Shown here piece by piece: positions 10,490 to 23,097 of a stretch of 64,000 nucleotides of DNA. The notes beneath the pieces are model-generated. The model had not been told where the DNA came from. It ran no database searches and saw only the letters and a program-made list of their open reading frames with translations. The position numbers and the translations under genes were made by a program. Origin of the DNA: Chrysemys picta bellii. Taxonomy: Eukaryota. Position 1 is the stretch's first letter. Each line of letters begins with the position of its first letter. The stretch lies in the NCBI RefSeq assembly GCF_011386835.1, contig NC_088791.1:2232001-2296000 (forward strand), written 5' to 3'.

Positions 10490-10920
10490 ACATAAGAATG
10501 GCCCTAATGAGTCAGACCAAAGGTCCATCTAGCCCAGTATCCTGTCTACCGACAGTGGCCAGTGCCAGGTGCCCCATAGGGAATGAACAGAACAGCTAAT
10601 CATCAAGTGATCCATCCCCTGTCGCCCATTCCCAGCTTCTGACAAACAGAGGCTAGGGACACCATCCCTGCCCATCCTGGCTAATAGCCATTGATGGACC
10701 TATCCTCCATGAATTTATCTAGTTCTTTTTTCAACCCTGTTATGGTCTTGGCCTTCGCAACATCCTCTGGCAAGGCGTTGCACAGGTTGACTGTGCATTG
10801 TGTGAAGAAATACTTCCTTTTATTTGTTTTAAACCTGCTGCCTATTAATTTCATTTGGTGACACCTAGTTCATGTGTTATGAGAAGTAATAAACAATACT
10901 TCCTTATTTATTTTCTCACA
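10490..10920 (-). mobile_element. CR1 LINE 3' fragment (unit 2 copy about 40745-41175)
   Basis: Translates as NKEVLF..HNTRTR.HQMKLIGSRFKTNKRKYFFT, the CR1 ORF2 C-terminus, followed by the 3' UTR. Confidence 0.9.
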
Positions 10921-10948
10921 TGCACTGAGCTGAATGCTCAACGGAAAG

Positions 10949-10954
10949 TTTATT
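10949..10954 (-). terminator. Polyadenylation signal AATAAA of lectin gene 1 (gene 2 equivalent 41205-41210)
   Basis: First AATAAA I found downstream of the stop codon (about 230 nt), conserved in both copies. Confidence 0.6.
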
Positions 10955-11180
10955 ATCACTTCACTGTGCTGAGATTGCTGAGAAGAGCAGAGTGTGGGTG
11001 CGACAGGGAGAGAAGGGGGCAGAGCAGAGCGGGAGTGACACAGCGTAACACAGCGATGCTTTGCAGAAGGGACTTTGCAGCCGGGGACGCAGGATCTGGT
11101 CTCCCAGGGGAGCCGGAGGGACCCGATTCGCTCACAGCCCAGGTGCTGGGAGCCCCCCAGATCCAGGCGACCTGCCTCCC

Positions 11181-14100
11181 CTAGGGTTTGCGTTGACAAA
11201 TGAAAGGGAATCTGTCTTCACAGGGAAAATCGTGCCATTTCTGAAAATCTAGAAAGAAAAACAAAAATGATCCCTGGGGTGAGGCAGGCTGGGCCGTTCC
11301 TGCTTGTACAGTGACCCCAATCCTGCCCAGTGCCAGGCCCGACGGAGAAGATCCCAGCTCCTGTGCACAGCCCTGAGGAAGAGGAGGGTGGGATGGAGCC
11401 CTGAGCAGACCAGATTGGGGCAGCCCCATCCTGCCGAGGCTCAGTGTGAAAGGGGAGACGCCTGGTCCATGTGCTCAGGGCCAGCTTTAGGCCGATTCAG
11501 CCGATTCGGCTGAATTGGGCCCCGCGCGAAGAGGGCCCCGCGCTGCAGCTGTTCACCCCGCCCACTTCCCCCTCCTCCCCTGCCCTGCACGCCCCGCCCC
11601 CTCCCCTGCTTCCCGCGAATCAGAGATTCGCGGGAAGTCTGAGACTAAGCAGCAGGGGCGGGCCGGCCGGCAGCACGAGGTAAGCTGGGGTGGGGGCGGG
11701 AGAAGGGCTCCGGGGAGGCGCGGCCCGTTCCCGCAGGCCCCAGGACGGCCCCCCCATCCCCCCCGCGGGCCCCCCCATCCCCCCCGCGGCGCGGCTCGGG
11801 TCCCCCCCCGGCCCCCCTGCGGCGCGGCGCGGCTGGGCTCGGGTCCCCCCCCCGGCCCCCCTGCGGCGCGGCGCGGCTCGGCTCGGGGCCCCCTGCGGCG
11901 CGGCTCGGCTGGGCTCGGGGCCCCCCCGGCGGCGCGGCTCGGGCCCCCCTGCAGCGCGGCGCGGCGCGGCTCGGGGCCCCCCCGGCCCCCCTGCGGCGCG
12001 GCTCGGCTCGGGGGCCCCCCCCGGCCCCCCTGCGGCTCGGGTCAGCCCCCCCCCCCCCCGGCGGCGCGGCTCGGCTTAGGGCCCCCCGGTCCCCCCCGGC
12101 GGCGCGGCGTGGCTCGGGACCTGGGGGCGGGGCTTGCAGCAAGCCCCACCCCCAGGAATCGGGCCCCGCTCTTGCTAAAGCCTGGTCCATGTGCTACTGC
12201 TCCTACCTCCCCCACCCCACGTGCCCCCCACCCCAGCCAGAGGGCAGAGGAGAGAGCGAGAGCCCTGCCCCGGGACTGGGGGCACCCGCTCAGGAACTGG
12301 GCTGCTGCCTCCCTCCCTGCTGAGTGAGCTGCCCCACAGCCAGGCCCCCTCCAGGCCCTGCCCGCCTGGGTCTGGCTACACCCATGGGAACATCTGTCCC
12401 AGGCAGGGCTCAGCCACCATGCAGAGGGGATGTGTCCCTGCCCCAGGAGTCAGTGTTACCGGCCTGCTGTGCGCGGAGCTGCACGTTCCTCCCTCAGACC
12501 CCGTTACCCCTCTGCTCTGGGGATGTCCTGGGGCTGGGCTAGGTGGGCTCTCCCCTCAGCAGCACCCCAGGCACAGCAGGGAGCTCCGCGGGGGGGTATA
12601 GGCCAGTCTCAGTGCCCTGTTCCCTTGGGTGCGGGTTTCTGCTGCTGCTTGACTCTATCCCCGTCCAGTGACTGCAGCCCTGGCTGTGCCCATCTGCCGG
12701 CATCAGGCCTGACGGACACTGAGCCTGTAACTCAAGACTGTATCATGATGCACATGTACCAGGGGCTGAGTTAAGGTTATATGGGCAGCCTTAGACTGGC
12801 ACTTCCTTGACTTTGGGACTTTCATGTTCCTTTAACATAATGTTTTGGGTGTAATTTAGGAATAGTTCATGAATGTAACAAAGAATTAATGGTTTAGTAA
12901 AATGTTAATCAATTATTACAGAGCCCAGTGCTCAATTGGCTGCTTGTTACCCTAGCATGTGACTGTCTAACACACCCGGCTCAGGGCGGGCTCAGGTCTG
13001 TCCCAGTGATAAATGGAATTGGTCTGAGAGCCCCGGCCCTGCCCCTCGCTCCCCCCACCCACTGGCACTGCAGGCCCCACACAGACACAGCACTCAGTGA
13101 TCAGAGTCAGGCGGGGGATTAGTTGTGAATTTCGCCCCTCTCCTGTTCACAGCCTGTCTGCAAAGCGATGCCTCGAATCCACCAACACTGGCTAGTCCAG
13201 GGGTTCTCAAACTTGGGGTCCTGACCCCTCATGGGGTCACAAGGTGGTTACATGGGGGTCGTGAGCTGTCAGCTCTGTGGGGCTGGCAGCCCCAAGTCAC
13301 CATTCAATTAAATGACCCCTCTCGTTGTGAATGTATAACGGGGGTCCCACTGAAAGGCTTGCTGTGAGAAAGGGGGCACCAATACAAAAAGGTGGAAAAC
13401 CACTGGGCTAGTCCCTGTTGCCGTCTGGGCTATTTGGAACTTTCACAAGCAGCCGGCGTGTGTGCAAATGCTTGTGAGTAACACAACCCTGTGAGGGGGA
13501 CAAATGCAGCTCTGGTGCCCACATCATTGTGTGGATCAGGGTTTGCACAGCAGGGGGGCAACAGCGACTCAGAGCCATCGCCCCTTAAAAGCTCACCAGA
13601 TTCCTCGTCTGGGGCCAGGGGTGTCTGTCTGTCTGTCTCTGTTTGCGCGTGTGTGCATATGTCTCTCCTGCCTGTCACTGGAGCAGACATATGACCTGAC
13701 CCAGGGGAGCTGGTAAGCAGCAGTTTTACCAGAAGCAACAAGGGGTTCTCTCCTGACTGCCCTCCCAGCATGGGGCAGGGAAGAGAGGAGCAGGGATTTG
13801 CACTCCATTGCGCACTGGGGCCAGCCTGGATCAGTATCTCAGGACCTGTGTGGTCAGAGCGCTGCCAGGATGGTAGGTCCATGGGGGTCTGAGCCGCCTG
13901 CTTACCTGTAACGTGAAATAACACTGTGCAGTGCTCATTTTTTCCCTTATTATTAGGTTGCCCTTTCTCCCAAGCTCTGAAGCTGACCGGGGATTCATCT
14001 GACCATCTCCAGGTTTGATCCTGCAGACACAAAGGAGAGCAGAGCCCCGGTAAACCCAAGGTTACACAGCTAGAGACATGCCCCGGAGCCGAGGGGCCAT

Positions 14101-17100
14101 GGGCAGGGCACGGACAGAAGCTGCCCAGTGACACTGGAGACACTGATCATTGCTATGAAATGTCAGCGCTGACAACCATGGCTACATTTACTGGCAGCTG
14201 AAGTTACACCAGGACCTGCCCAAGCCCTGGGAAGCATGAAAACAGCAAGTGAAGGGAGAGTCTCCAGCACCCCCTGTCCCTGCCACCCCCACATCGCCGA
14301 GGGGAGCGCACCCCGACCTGCCCTCAGGTTCCACGTCCATCTCCAGCCCAGCCCGACAGGCAGCACCTGCAGCGTCATCCCACGCGCTGTCCCGCAGCCC
14401 CACGCTGCTGCCCCCGTTCTCTCTCGTGTGCACAGATCCACGCGACGACGCTCCCAAAGCCCATCCACGGGGGAGTTACTCTGCTCCCCGCTGCAGAGAT
14501 CACGGCGGTAGGTCTGGGGGACGGGGGCGCTGGATGAAGCTGGGTTCGCACTGTCGGGGATCAGGGGCTGCAGCAGAATTAGTCACCTGGCAACCCAACC
14601 AGCGCAGCCAGCCGGCTGCAGGCCACCCGACTGCCTGCACCCCCTGCCTGGGCAGGAAGGGCAGCTGGCCGGCTCTTAGCCCAGCAATTCTCTGGCTGCT
14701 CAGTGTGGTCATGCCACGGCCGCGATCCTCCCTGTGCTGCTGCTCCTCGCCGGGCTCCTGTCCTGCTCCAGCCCTGCTCCTCCTCCTGCTCCTGCTTGTT
14801 TCCCAGCCTTGCTCCTGCTCAGTCCTGGCCGCCTCGGCTTGCTCCTGGTCCCGGCTTCCTGCCCCTGCCCCTGGGCTCCGGCGCTGACCCTTGATGTGCC
14901 TCCTGGGTCCCCTCCTGGCTCTGACCCTCGGCTTGGCTATTAATTCCTGACTCCGGCTCTGACCCTTGTATTGGATCCGCTTCCTGCTCCTGCTCCGACC
15001 ATTAGCCTGACTGCCCACGGCCCCGTCTCTATCGTGTGTTCCCTTGGGCTGTTTGCTGGGGAGGGAAGCAGACGCCGTCTGCGCCTGGAGTGGGCTGCCA
15101 GCACCTCAGCCGATGGGAAGGAGCCGGGAATGTTGGCGACAATCCCCTTGTTCTGTCCGTGCGTTCAGGGATTCGGGTGGGTCCTGATCCCCCCTTCCCT
15201 GTCCCTGAAGGGAGTTCTGGGTTATTAATTCCCCAGGATTTTGTACGGGGCCGTGTCCCTTGTTGGGCAGCTCCTCAGTGGGCGGGTGCAGGGGGAGCTG
15301 CGGAGGGGCAGAGGCTGACGCTGCCCAGGCTCAGTTGACCCACCGAGGGGTGAAAGGCTGTGACGTGGCCCAGGAGGTCTCTGTCTCTGGCATTTTATCA
15401 CGGTGAGACATGAGGAGGCCAAGAGCCGTCGGGCATGTTTAGCAAGTGACGACAGCCTGTAGGCTGGAGGGAGCCTCGTGCAGGAGTCGTCGCCGTCACT
15501 CCCGTCCCGCTCGGGTCCTGCACGGGAACGAACGGGGCTGGGCTGCCGATGCCTCCGCTCCGGGGCCTCCGCGGGATAGCACCAGCTGAGCAGCCCAGAC
15601 GCGACTGGCCAGGGGCTGGGCGCAGCGTGCGCGCTGCTGGGTCCCCGCTGCAGGCCCAGGCTTGTGGGGTTCGGGGGCGCCAGAGCCGCAGCCACCGAGC
15701 TTGGCCATCGGCCGCTTCCTCCCCCCGCAGCAGTGGCTGCAGCCGCGGCTGCTCCTGAGTCCCGCTGCCCAGGGGGGGAGAACAGCCGCCACCTGGCCCC
15801 GCGGGCCGCCTCACTCCTCTCCCTCCAGTACCGCCCAACTGAGTCCTGCCTGCTCGGGGCCAGGCCAGACTCTCACTCACCCCGGCCCCGCGCTCCTCCT
15901 GCATCTCCCGGGCCTCCCTCCAGCGCTTGCGGAGGGAGGAGGAAGGGTGAGCCTGGGGAAGGGGCCGGGATTCGGGGAGGGAGCCAATGGGGGAAGGAGG
16001 GGGCGGAGTCGTGGGGGGGCGGAGTCAGGGAGGGAGGGGGGCGGCGTGAGCTATTTGCTTGTCTCTCCAGTTTCCCAACCTAACATCGGTCGGGACGTGG
16101 GACAAACAAGGAAATATCGGGACAGTGCCGATAAAATCGGGACGTCTGGTCACCCTACAGGGAGCAGAAGCCGCCTCCCCGGCCAGGCTCTGTCAGGCAC
16201 CTGCCAGGTTGCAGAGCAGCACCCGGGAGGGGCCGGAGTCAGAAGTGGCTCCCTCCTGCCCCCCGCCCAGGCTCCTTCCCTCAGGGAGGGCAGCAGCAGG
16301 TGCCGTGGCGGCGGGGGCAGGCGCCGTGGGAGAACAGACCCCTCCACAGGGAACGTGGGGTGGGGAGAGTGTGGTCACCCTGGGCTGGGTGCGGGGGAGG
16401 GTTGGTCGGGGGGCACATGTGTGTAACCTCCCCTTTAGATCGTGCCCCCGCCCCCAGTATGGGGAGGCACCGGGCATCTAAGGGGCGCCCTTGGGGGAGG
16501 GGGAAGAATGGGGCGGAAAGAGGTGGAGCAGGGGCAGGAAGAGGCAGGGTGGGGTTCTGGGGGAGGGGGCTGAGGGCTAGAGACTGGACTGGAGAGTCCC
16601 CGCCCCCCCGGTGTGGTGGGTCCCTGGGCGCTAGTGTCACGAACGTGAATATTAATACCAACAGTTCACACTCTGCACCGGGCGCTGGGGATCGATCCTG
16701 TGATGGGAAACCCAGGCGGTTACAGCCCCTTTTCACCCCGTTCCCATGGAAATCCTGCTCTGGTGGCACCCCCGCCCCAAACAACAACCTCACTGAGCAG
16801 AGACACAGAGCCCAGGGGCCTGGGGAGGGGCTGCCCGAGGCAGAGCGGGCACCGGGCACTCACATGGTCAGGGTCTGAGAGTCCGATCCAGACATGATTC
16901 TTCTTTGTGGGGTCCCCCTTGATGTAATGGGCCAGCATATTCTTTTCTTCGGCACTGTGAATGGAGGCGAGATGGGCCCCAGGCCAATGCTGCTGGCAGT
17001 CCGCCTGGGACAGGAAAAAACAAAGCCAGTTACCCCCTTCCCGGCACTGCAGGGAGCAGCAGGCGCGAGTCCAGCACTGTTCTGGGCCCTGCCTCCCTCG

Positions 17101-20100
17101 GGCAGCAAGGGCTGTGAGGGGACAGGACCCCGTGTTAGCGCCTCTCCCCTCCCCAGGACCAATGGGAGGAGCAGGTAGAGCCGCCTCCCTCTCTCCATCC
17201 CCCTTCACCTTAGAGGTGCCCGAGGGGTGGTGTGTAACTATCCCAGGCCACTGTTTGGGGGCTCGATCCGGTTCTGTGTTGTACTGTTGAAACGGATCCC
17301 CTAGATACTGAGCTGGCCCGTGTTGCTGCTGGCTTCACCTGGCAGAAGGGTTACAAACATACTAAAATGTAACGTCCCTGTGGTGGGGAAAACACCACAG
17401 CAGCCCACCAAGGTAGCATTTCATTTCAGAAATGAGGAAGTTTGTGAAACAGAAATTAAAAGGTAAAGCACAAAAAGTGAAATCCCTGCAAGCTGCATGG
17501 AAACTTTTTAAAGACACCATAATAGAGACTCAACTTAAACGCATCCCCCAAAAAAACATAGTAAGAGAAACTAAAAAGTGCCACTGTGGCTAAACAAGAA
17601 AGTAAAAGAAGCAGCGAGAGGCAGAAAGGCATCATTTAAAAAGTGGAAGTTAAATCCAACTTGTTAAGTACATCAGAAGCAGGAAGCCTGCTAAACAACC
17701 AGTGGGGCCACTGGACAATCAAGATGCTAAAGCAGCACACAAGGATGATAAGGCCATTGCGTAGAAGCTAAATTAATTCTTTGCATCGGTCTTCACAGCT
17801 GAGGATGTGAGGGAGATTCCCAAACCTGAAACGTTCTTTTTAGGTGACTGTCCAGGTTCCCTCCACACTCTGAACTCTGTGGTACAGATGTGGGGACCCG
17901 CATGGAAGACCCCCTAAGTTTATATTCCACCAGCTTAGGTTAAAAACTTCCCCAAGGCACAAATTTCTTTCCTTGTCCTTGGACGGTATTGCTGCCACCA
18001 CCAAATGATTTAGACAAAAATTCAGGAAAAGAGTCACTTGGAGTCACTTCTTCCCCAAAATATTCCCCCAAGCCCTTTCACCCCCTTTCCTGGGGAGGCT
18101 TGAGAATAATGTGAGTACCAACCAGACCCTTTGTCCCTAGGACACTGAAAATCAAACAGGTTCTTAAAGGAAGAACTTTATGTAAAGAAAAAGTAAAAGA
18201 ATCACACCTGCAAAATCAGTATGTAAGGTAACTTTACAGGGTAATAAAAAGATTAAACACAGAGGATTCCCCTCTAGGCTCAGCTTCAAAGTTACAAAAA
18301 CAGGAATAAAACTCCCTCTTATCATAGGGAAAATTCACAAGTTAAAACAAAAGATAGTCTAACACATTTCCTTGCCTTTACTATCAACTTCTGTAATTTT
18401 ATATGTATAATTTCAGGTTTGTTTTCAGGTATGCTTCGTCTCTCTCTCCATCCAGAGAGGGAACAAAACAAAGAGAGCACAAACAAAACCTCCCCCCACC
18501 CCCGATTTGAAAGTATCTTCTTTCCCCATTGGTCCTTCTGGTCAGGTGTCAATTAGGTTAATTGAACTGATTAACCCCTTACAGGTAAATTGATTCTATA
18601 CCTCTGACCAGGAGGGATTTTATGTTACTGCATACCTAAAGGTTGATACCCTTCCCTTTATATTTATGACAGTGACAAATCTGAGGAACTGTCCCAAATT
18701 AAGGTATCATTAGATGAGGTTTTGGAACAAATTGATAAATTAAACAATAAGTCACCAGGACCAGATGGTATTAACCCAAGAGTTCTGAAGGAACTCAAAT
18801 GTAAATCTGAAGAACTACTAACTGTGATACCATATGATTGGAGGATACCTAATGTGATGCCAATTTTTTTTAAAAGCTTCAGCGGTGATCCTTGAAATTC
18901 AAGGCCAGTAAGCATAACTTCAGTACCAGAAAAAATGGTTGAAACTATAGTAAAGAAAAAAATTGCCATACACATACAGATGAACATAATTTGTTGGGGA
19001 AGAGTCAACATGGTTTTTGTAAAGGGAAATCATGCCTCACCAATCTACTAGAATTCTTCCTTTCCCTGACTCTGCACAGCTCCCGGAAGTGGCTGCCAGG
19101 TCCCTACAGCCCCTAGGCACATATGAGCCAGGGAGGCTCCATGTGCTGCCCCTGCCCGAGTGCCGGTTCCGCAGCTCCCATTGGCTGCGAACCACAACCA
19201 ATGGGAGCTCTAGAGCAGCCATTTCCTAGGAACTGCAATAAGTGCTTTTGGGACCCCATACCCTGATCCCCCTCCCACACCCCAATCCCCTGCCCCAGCC
19301 CGAAGTCTCCTCCTGTACCCAATCTCCCTCGTCAAACCCACACCCTGTTCACACCCCAACCCCGTGCCCAGCTCTGAGCACCTCCTGTACCCCAAACCTC
19401 TCATATCTGGCCCCACCCAAGAACCACCCTCCATTCAGAGCCATGACCCACCACCCGCACCTCAACCCCCTGCCCCAGGCCAGAGCTCTCTCCTGCACCC
19501 GTATCCCATCATCCCTGGCCCCACCCCAGAGGTCACACCCCCAGACTGAGCCTGCATCCCCTCCCTCACTCCAAACCCTTCGGCCCTAACCTGGAGCCCC
19601 CTCCTACACCCCCAGCTCAGAGCCTATACCCCCCCTGCACCCCAACTTCCTGCTCCAGCCCAGAGCCATCTCCCACACCCCAAATCCTTCATCCCTGGGC
19701 CCACCACAGAGCCCGCACCCCAGGCCGGAGCCCTCACCCACTCCCGCACCTGACCCCTTTGCCCCAGACAAGTGAAAGTGAATGATGGTGGGGGAGAGTG
19801 ACAGAGGATGGGGGGATGGAGCAAGTGGGGGTGGGGCCTCGGAGAAGGGGCGGGGCAGGGGTTTGAACTTAGAAAGTTGGCAACTCTACCCCCGCCCCTC
19901 CCACCGTAGCGGATTCCCAGCCTAGCCCAGCTCACTTCCTCTGATATTCACTCTAAACCGCCCCATCCCCCCAGCCTCCAGCTCCAGCCCAGCGCCCCTG
20001 AGCCCCGCTGCCCCAGCCTCTCACCTCAGCCTCCAGCCAGTTTTTCTCTTGGGGGACGTATCGATAGCAGCTGTCGTGGAAGGGTAGCCAGGACCTGGGA

Positions 20101-21492
20101 CATGCTACACCCTGTACCCCTGCAGAGAGAGGGGGCCGGGGGGCAATGGTGGGGACAGGACACCGTGGTTAGCGGCTCTTTCAGAGGCAGAGCCATTGCT
20201 TTAAATTAGGACAATTAACGTCGGGATCCCGTTTGGGGCTGTGTCTGGCTGGCAGGACCCTCCAGGCCCTGGCGCTGCAGGAAGAAGCTGGGTTTGCCCA
20301 GACCCCACATCGACAGAACAGGGCCCCTGGAACCCAGTCCTGAGCAGGGATCCCAGCCGGGCAGCACTGGAGCTGCCAGCCACAGTGGCCCTCATTCAGC
20401 TGTAGCCCTCGGGCAGAGGGAATTCCTGCCACCCTGATCTCCTCCCCGTCTCCCCCTGGGCCATGCAGGACAGTTGGAGCAGGGAAGCCAGCAGTGGGGA
20501 GGGGGGATGGGGAAGGGAACACCCAGGAGCAAGCGGTGAAGCTGGGGGAGCAATGGGGTTGGCACAGACTGGGACTAGAAGAAAATTGAGAGCAGGGGCC
20601 CAGTTCTGGATGGAAGGTTCTGGGGGGTTGTAGGAGGAGGGAAGGGAGAGAGGTGCCCAGGGAGATGGGACATAAAGGGGGGAATAGCAGGGATCTGAGG
20701 GGGCTGGGGTGGAGGAGAAGGGAACACTGCTCCTACCCCAGCCGTGTTGCTTGGGGGGGCTGGGAAAAGGTTCCCCCTCCCCTGCACTCACCGGCGGCGG
20801 GAAGCAGGGTGCCGTGGCGGAGTGGAGCAGGCTGGGGCTGGGCTGCTCCGCTTTCGCCACTGCCGGTGAGTGCAGGGGGGATCCTTTCCCCCAAACTCCC
20901 CCCTCCCCTGAGCGACACGGCTGGGACTGGGGCGAGGGAAGCAGAGCTGACTGCTCCCCGTCTTCCACTAATCCCCTGGGCCACTCTGGGCCAGCGGGGC
21001 CCCCAAAAGTGCCTCCCACAGCTTCTGCCTCCCAGACCCTCCAGGTCTTCGGCAGCGGGACCGTCAGTGCTGGCGAAGAAACCCGGAGTGAGTGAAGGGC
21101 CTGACGCCGAAGACCCGGAGCGCCGCAGCGGGTGGTGCCTTATTTTTTTTATTCCTCCCCCTGTTCCCTCCACCTGGCTACGCCACTGGTCCCACCCTAT
21201 CCTCAGGATAAGAGCAGACCCTGGGGGGACTTTCACCCACCTTCTCTCACCTGCTCCCTGGGGAGGGGCCGCAAGGCCTGGGCTCTCCCCAGGGCAGTGA
21301 CCCCCAGCAGCAGGAGACGGGCAGTGGCTCTGAGAGTGACGAGGGAAATGAATTCACTTCCCAGTTCCCACCATGGTCACCAGCACCCGGGGGCTACAGC
21401 TCCGAGGGGCCAGGCAGGGACTCACCTTCCAGCGAGGGGTTAAAGATCAGGCAGCCGAGGAGGCAGAGGCTGAAGTAGGCGACTGGCCCCAT
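11181..21492 (-). CDS. Secreted single-domain C-type lectin, copy 1, 161 aa (REG/group VII, eggshell- or snake-lectin-like). Coding exons 21492-21426, 20119-20025, 17004-16864, 14020-13906, 11248-11181
   Basis: All introns are GT-AG and phases 1,0,0,1 are consistent. Protein: MGPVAYFSLCLLGCLIFNPSLEGVQGVACPRSWLPFHDSCYRYVPQEKNWLEAEADCQQHWPGAHLASIHSAEEKNMLAHYIKGDPTKKNHVWIGLSDPDHDQTWRWSDESPVSFRAWEKGQPNNKGKNEHCTVLFHVTDFQKWHDFPCEDRFPFICQRKP. It has a signal peptide, 6 CTLD cysteines and the WIGL motif. Confidence 0.95.
11476..12195. mobile_element. 720-bp hAT-like insertion with degenerate GC-rich tandem repeats, in the last intron of gene 1 only
   Basis: Starts CAGGGCCAGCTTTAG and is bounded by the direct repeat GCCTGGTCCATGTGCT (11460-11475, 12180-12195). 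Unit 2 has a single copy of that 16-mer near 41726. Confidence 0.7.
13198..13405. mobile_element. hAT MITE with 8-bp TSD (unit 2 copy 42820-43027)
   Basis: CAGGGGTTCTCAAAC...GAAAACCACTG is flanked by GGCTAGTC on both sides. Confidence 0.9.
17430..19058 (+). mobile_element. Degenerate CR1 ORF2 fragment split by a solo LTR (unit 2 copy about 47890-49507)
   Basis: FASVFTAEDVREIPKPETFFLG|DKSEELSQIKVSLDEVLEQI...SPGPDGI.PRVLKEL rejoins across the LTR. Confidence 0.88.
17849..18671. mobile_element. Solo LTR with 5-bp TSD GTGAC (unit 2 copy 48312-49120)
   Basis: TG...CA ends; GTGAC at 17844-17848 and 18672-18676; removal restores the CR1 sequence. Confidence 0.9.
19058..19888. mobile_element. hAT-like non-autonomous fragment
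   Basis: Ends GTTGGCAAC(T/C)CTA, the reverse complement of TAGGGTTGCCAAC, with a C-rich subrepeated body. Confidence 0.5.
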
Positions 21493-22369
21493 CTTCTTGC
21501 TTCCCCTGGGGAGAAAACACACAGGGGAGATGGGGCCATGAGAGCCTGAGACACCCACCAGAGCAGCTCCCTTCTCTCATGGGGCATTTCACAAGGGGAG
21601 GTGCTTCGTTGCTGGGGCTGTTGCTAAAGGGCCTGGCTGGGCTGGAAGGGCCCCGAGAGGGATCCCGTCCCCCTGCCCCTGCCCTGGGGAACCGAGCTCG
21701 GAGCCCATCTCGCTGGATCCAAAGAGCCCTTCCTCTTCCACCCCTCACTGAGCCAGGTCCCAGCTTCTCAGTGGCCAGGCTCTACAAGCAGCAGCACCTG
21801 GGACTCCCCAACCAGATCTGCAGGTGGGGAGGAGCCAGGGGGAAGCAGGGAGGCCATGGTCACTCAGACGGGACCTGGGTCCCAGGCAACAGGGTCCCAT
21901 TTGCAGAGCAAAGCTGTTCTCAGAAGGGGCATTTGCCATCTCCCGCTGTCCCTCTCTCCCCCATGCTGGAGTTGGCAGGTCCCCATAGTAGCCACCTACA
22001 TGGAACGTGGAGGGAGGGCACAGGTGGCAGGGGGGAGAGTTTGGAAGAGGCACCAGTACCACCAGGATGGAGGCCAGTCTGTGTGCACGTGGCTGGAATG
22101 CCAGCTGCAGGTGCAGCACCTCTGCAATCGTTCTCTGACTAGAGAGCAGTTTAGGGTTAGAAACTTGGAGTCCTCTCGTGTTATCACCCAGCACCTGGTA
22201 CATGAAACACCCACTGACCCCACCCCGAGGCCTTTCCCCACTAACAGGTGTTTCAATCACTCTCATATTTCCATTTCCAGAGATCATGTGTCTGGAAAGC
22301 CAACACCATGTCGTTGGGATGGGCGGGAGGGGAGTGGTTATAGTTACTGCATCCCATGGTGGGGGCTGG

Positions 22370-22775
22370 TGTCACGGAGTGTGGGGGAGTCAGCGCCCGG
22401 CACCCCTCTTCCTGAGATTCACCGTGACTCGAGCCAGCCAGTAAAAGGGAAGGTTTATTGGACAATAGGAACGCAGTCTACAGCAGAGCTTGTAGGTACA
22501 ACCCGGACCCCTTAATCAAGTCCTTCTGGGGCGTTCAGGGAGCTTAGACCCCAGCTTGGGGTTCCCTGCGTTGCACCACCCAGCCCAAAAAGGAAACGAA
22601 AACCAAAACCCTCCAGCAGCATTCTCCCCCCGCCCCCTTCCTCCTCTCCTTTTTTCAGTCTCCCGGGCAGAAGGTGTCATTTCTCCCAACCCCCCTCCTG
22701 GCTCAGGTTACAGCTCAGGTATCTCCCTGCAAGGGCAGCCCCCAATCCCCAATGTAACTCCCCTGCTCCATCACA
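22370..22775 (-). mobile_element. Gypsy-related solo LTR in intron 1 of the lectin gene, TSD GCTGG (unit 2 copy 52665-53070)
   Basis: TGTCACGGAG...CCATCACA is flanked by GCTGG. Its start resembles the reverse complement of the Gypsy LTR end at 55213. Confidence 0.85.
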
Positions 22776-23097
22776 GCTGGGACCCCGTTGCACCATTATT
22801 AAGAAATGGGGTCCATTGGGGAGCCACCCTGCACAGTGATGATCCAGCAGGGACTGGACACAGACTGGAGGTTGGGCCCAGCTCCCAGAGGGGCAGAGCG
22901 CTGGGCACAGCTCCGCAGGGCATTAGGGTGCCGTGTGTAGGGCTGTGCGGGGTGGGAGGAAGGGGTGAGACAGAGACGGCCCCAGGGTCGGGGGACACAC
23001 ACAGGACAAGTTTGGCCACCCACCCCCGTAACAGATCAGCTGCCGCCAGCCACCCAGCGCAGGAGGAGGAAGAAGCTGGAGGAAGCCAGGGTCTCAC

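Noticed and set aside
10907-10912. CR1-derived AATAAA as an exapted lectin poly(A) signal
   Set aside because: An earlier AATAAA outside the CR1 (10949-10954; 41205-41210) is conserved in both copies and is the simpler candidate.
11515-12327. Long Pro/Gly/Arg-rich ORFs on both strands
   Set aside because: They arise from a stop-poor GC repeat inside an intron and are absent from the paralog.
14734-14943. Signal-peptide-like ORF MLLLLAGLLSCSSPAP
   Set aside because: Low-complexity CTCCTG repeat inside a lectin intron on the opposite strand, with no supporting gene structure.
13430-17208. ORF-track proteins of 237 aa and 162 aa containing lectin motifs
   Set aside because: They are single exons read through into introns; the spliced model explains the motifs.
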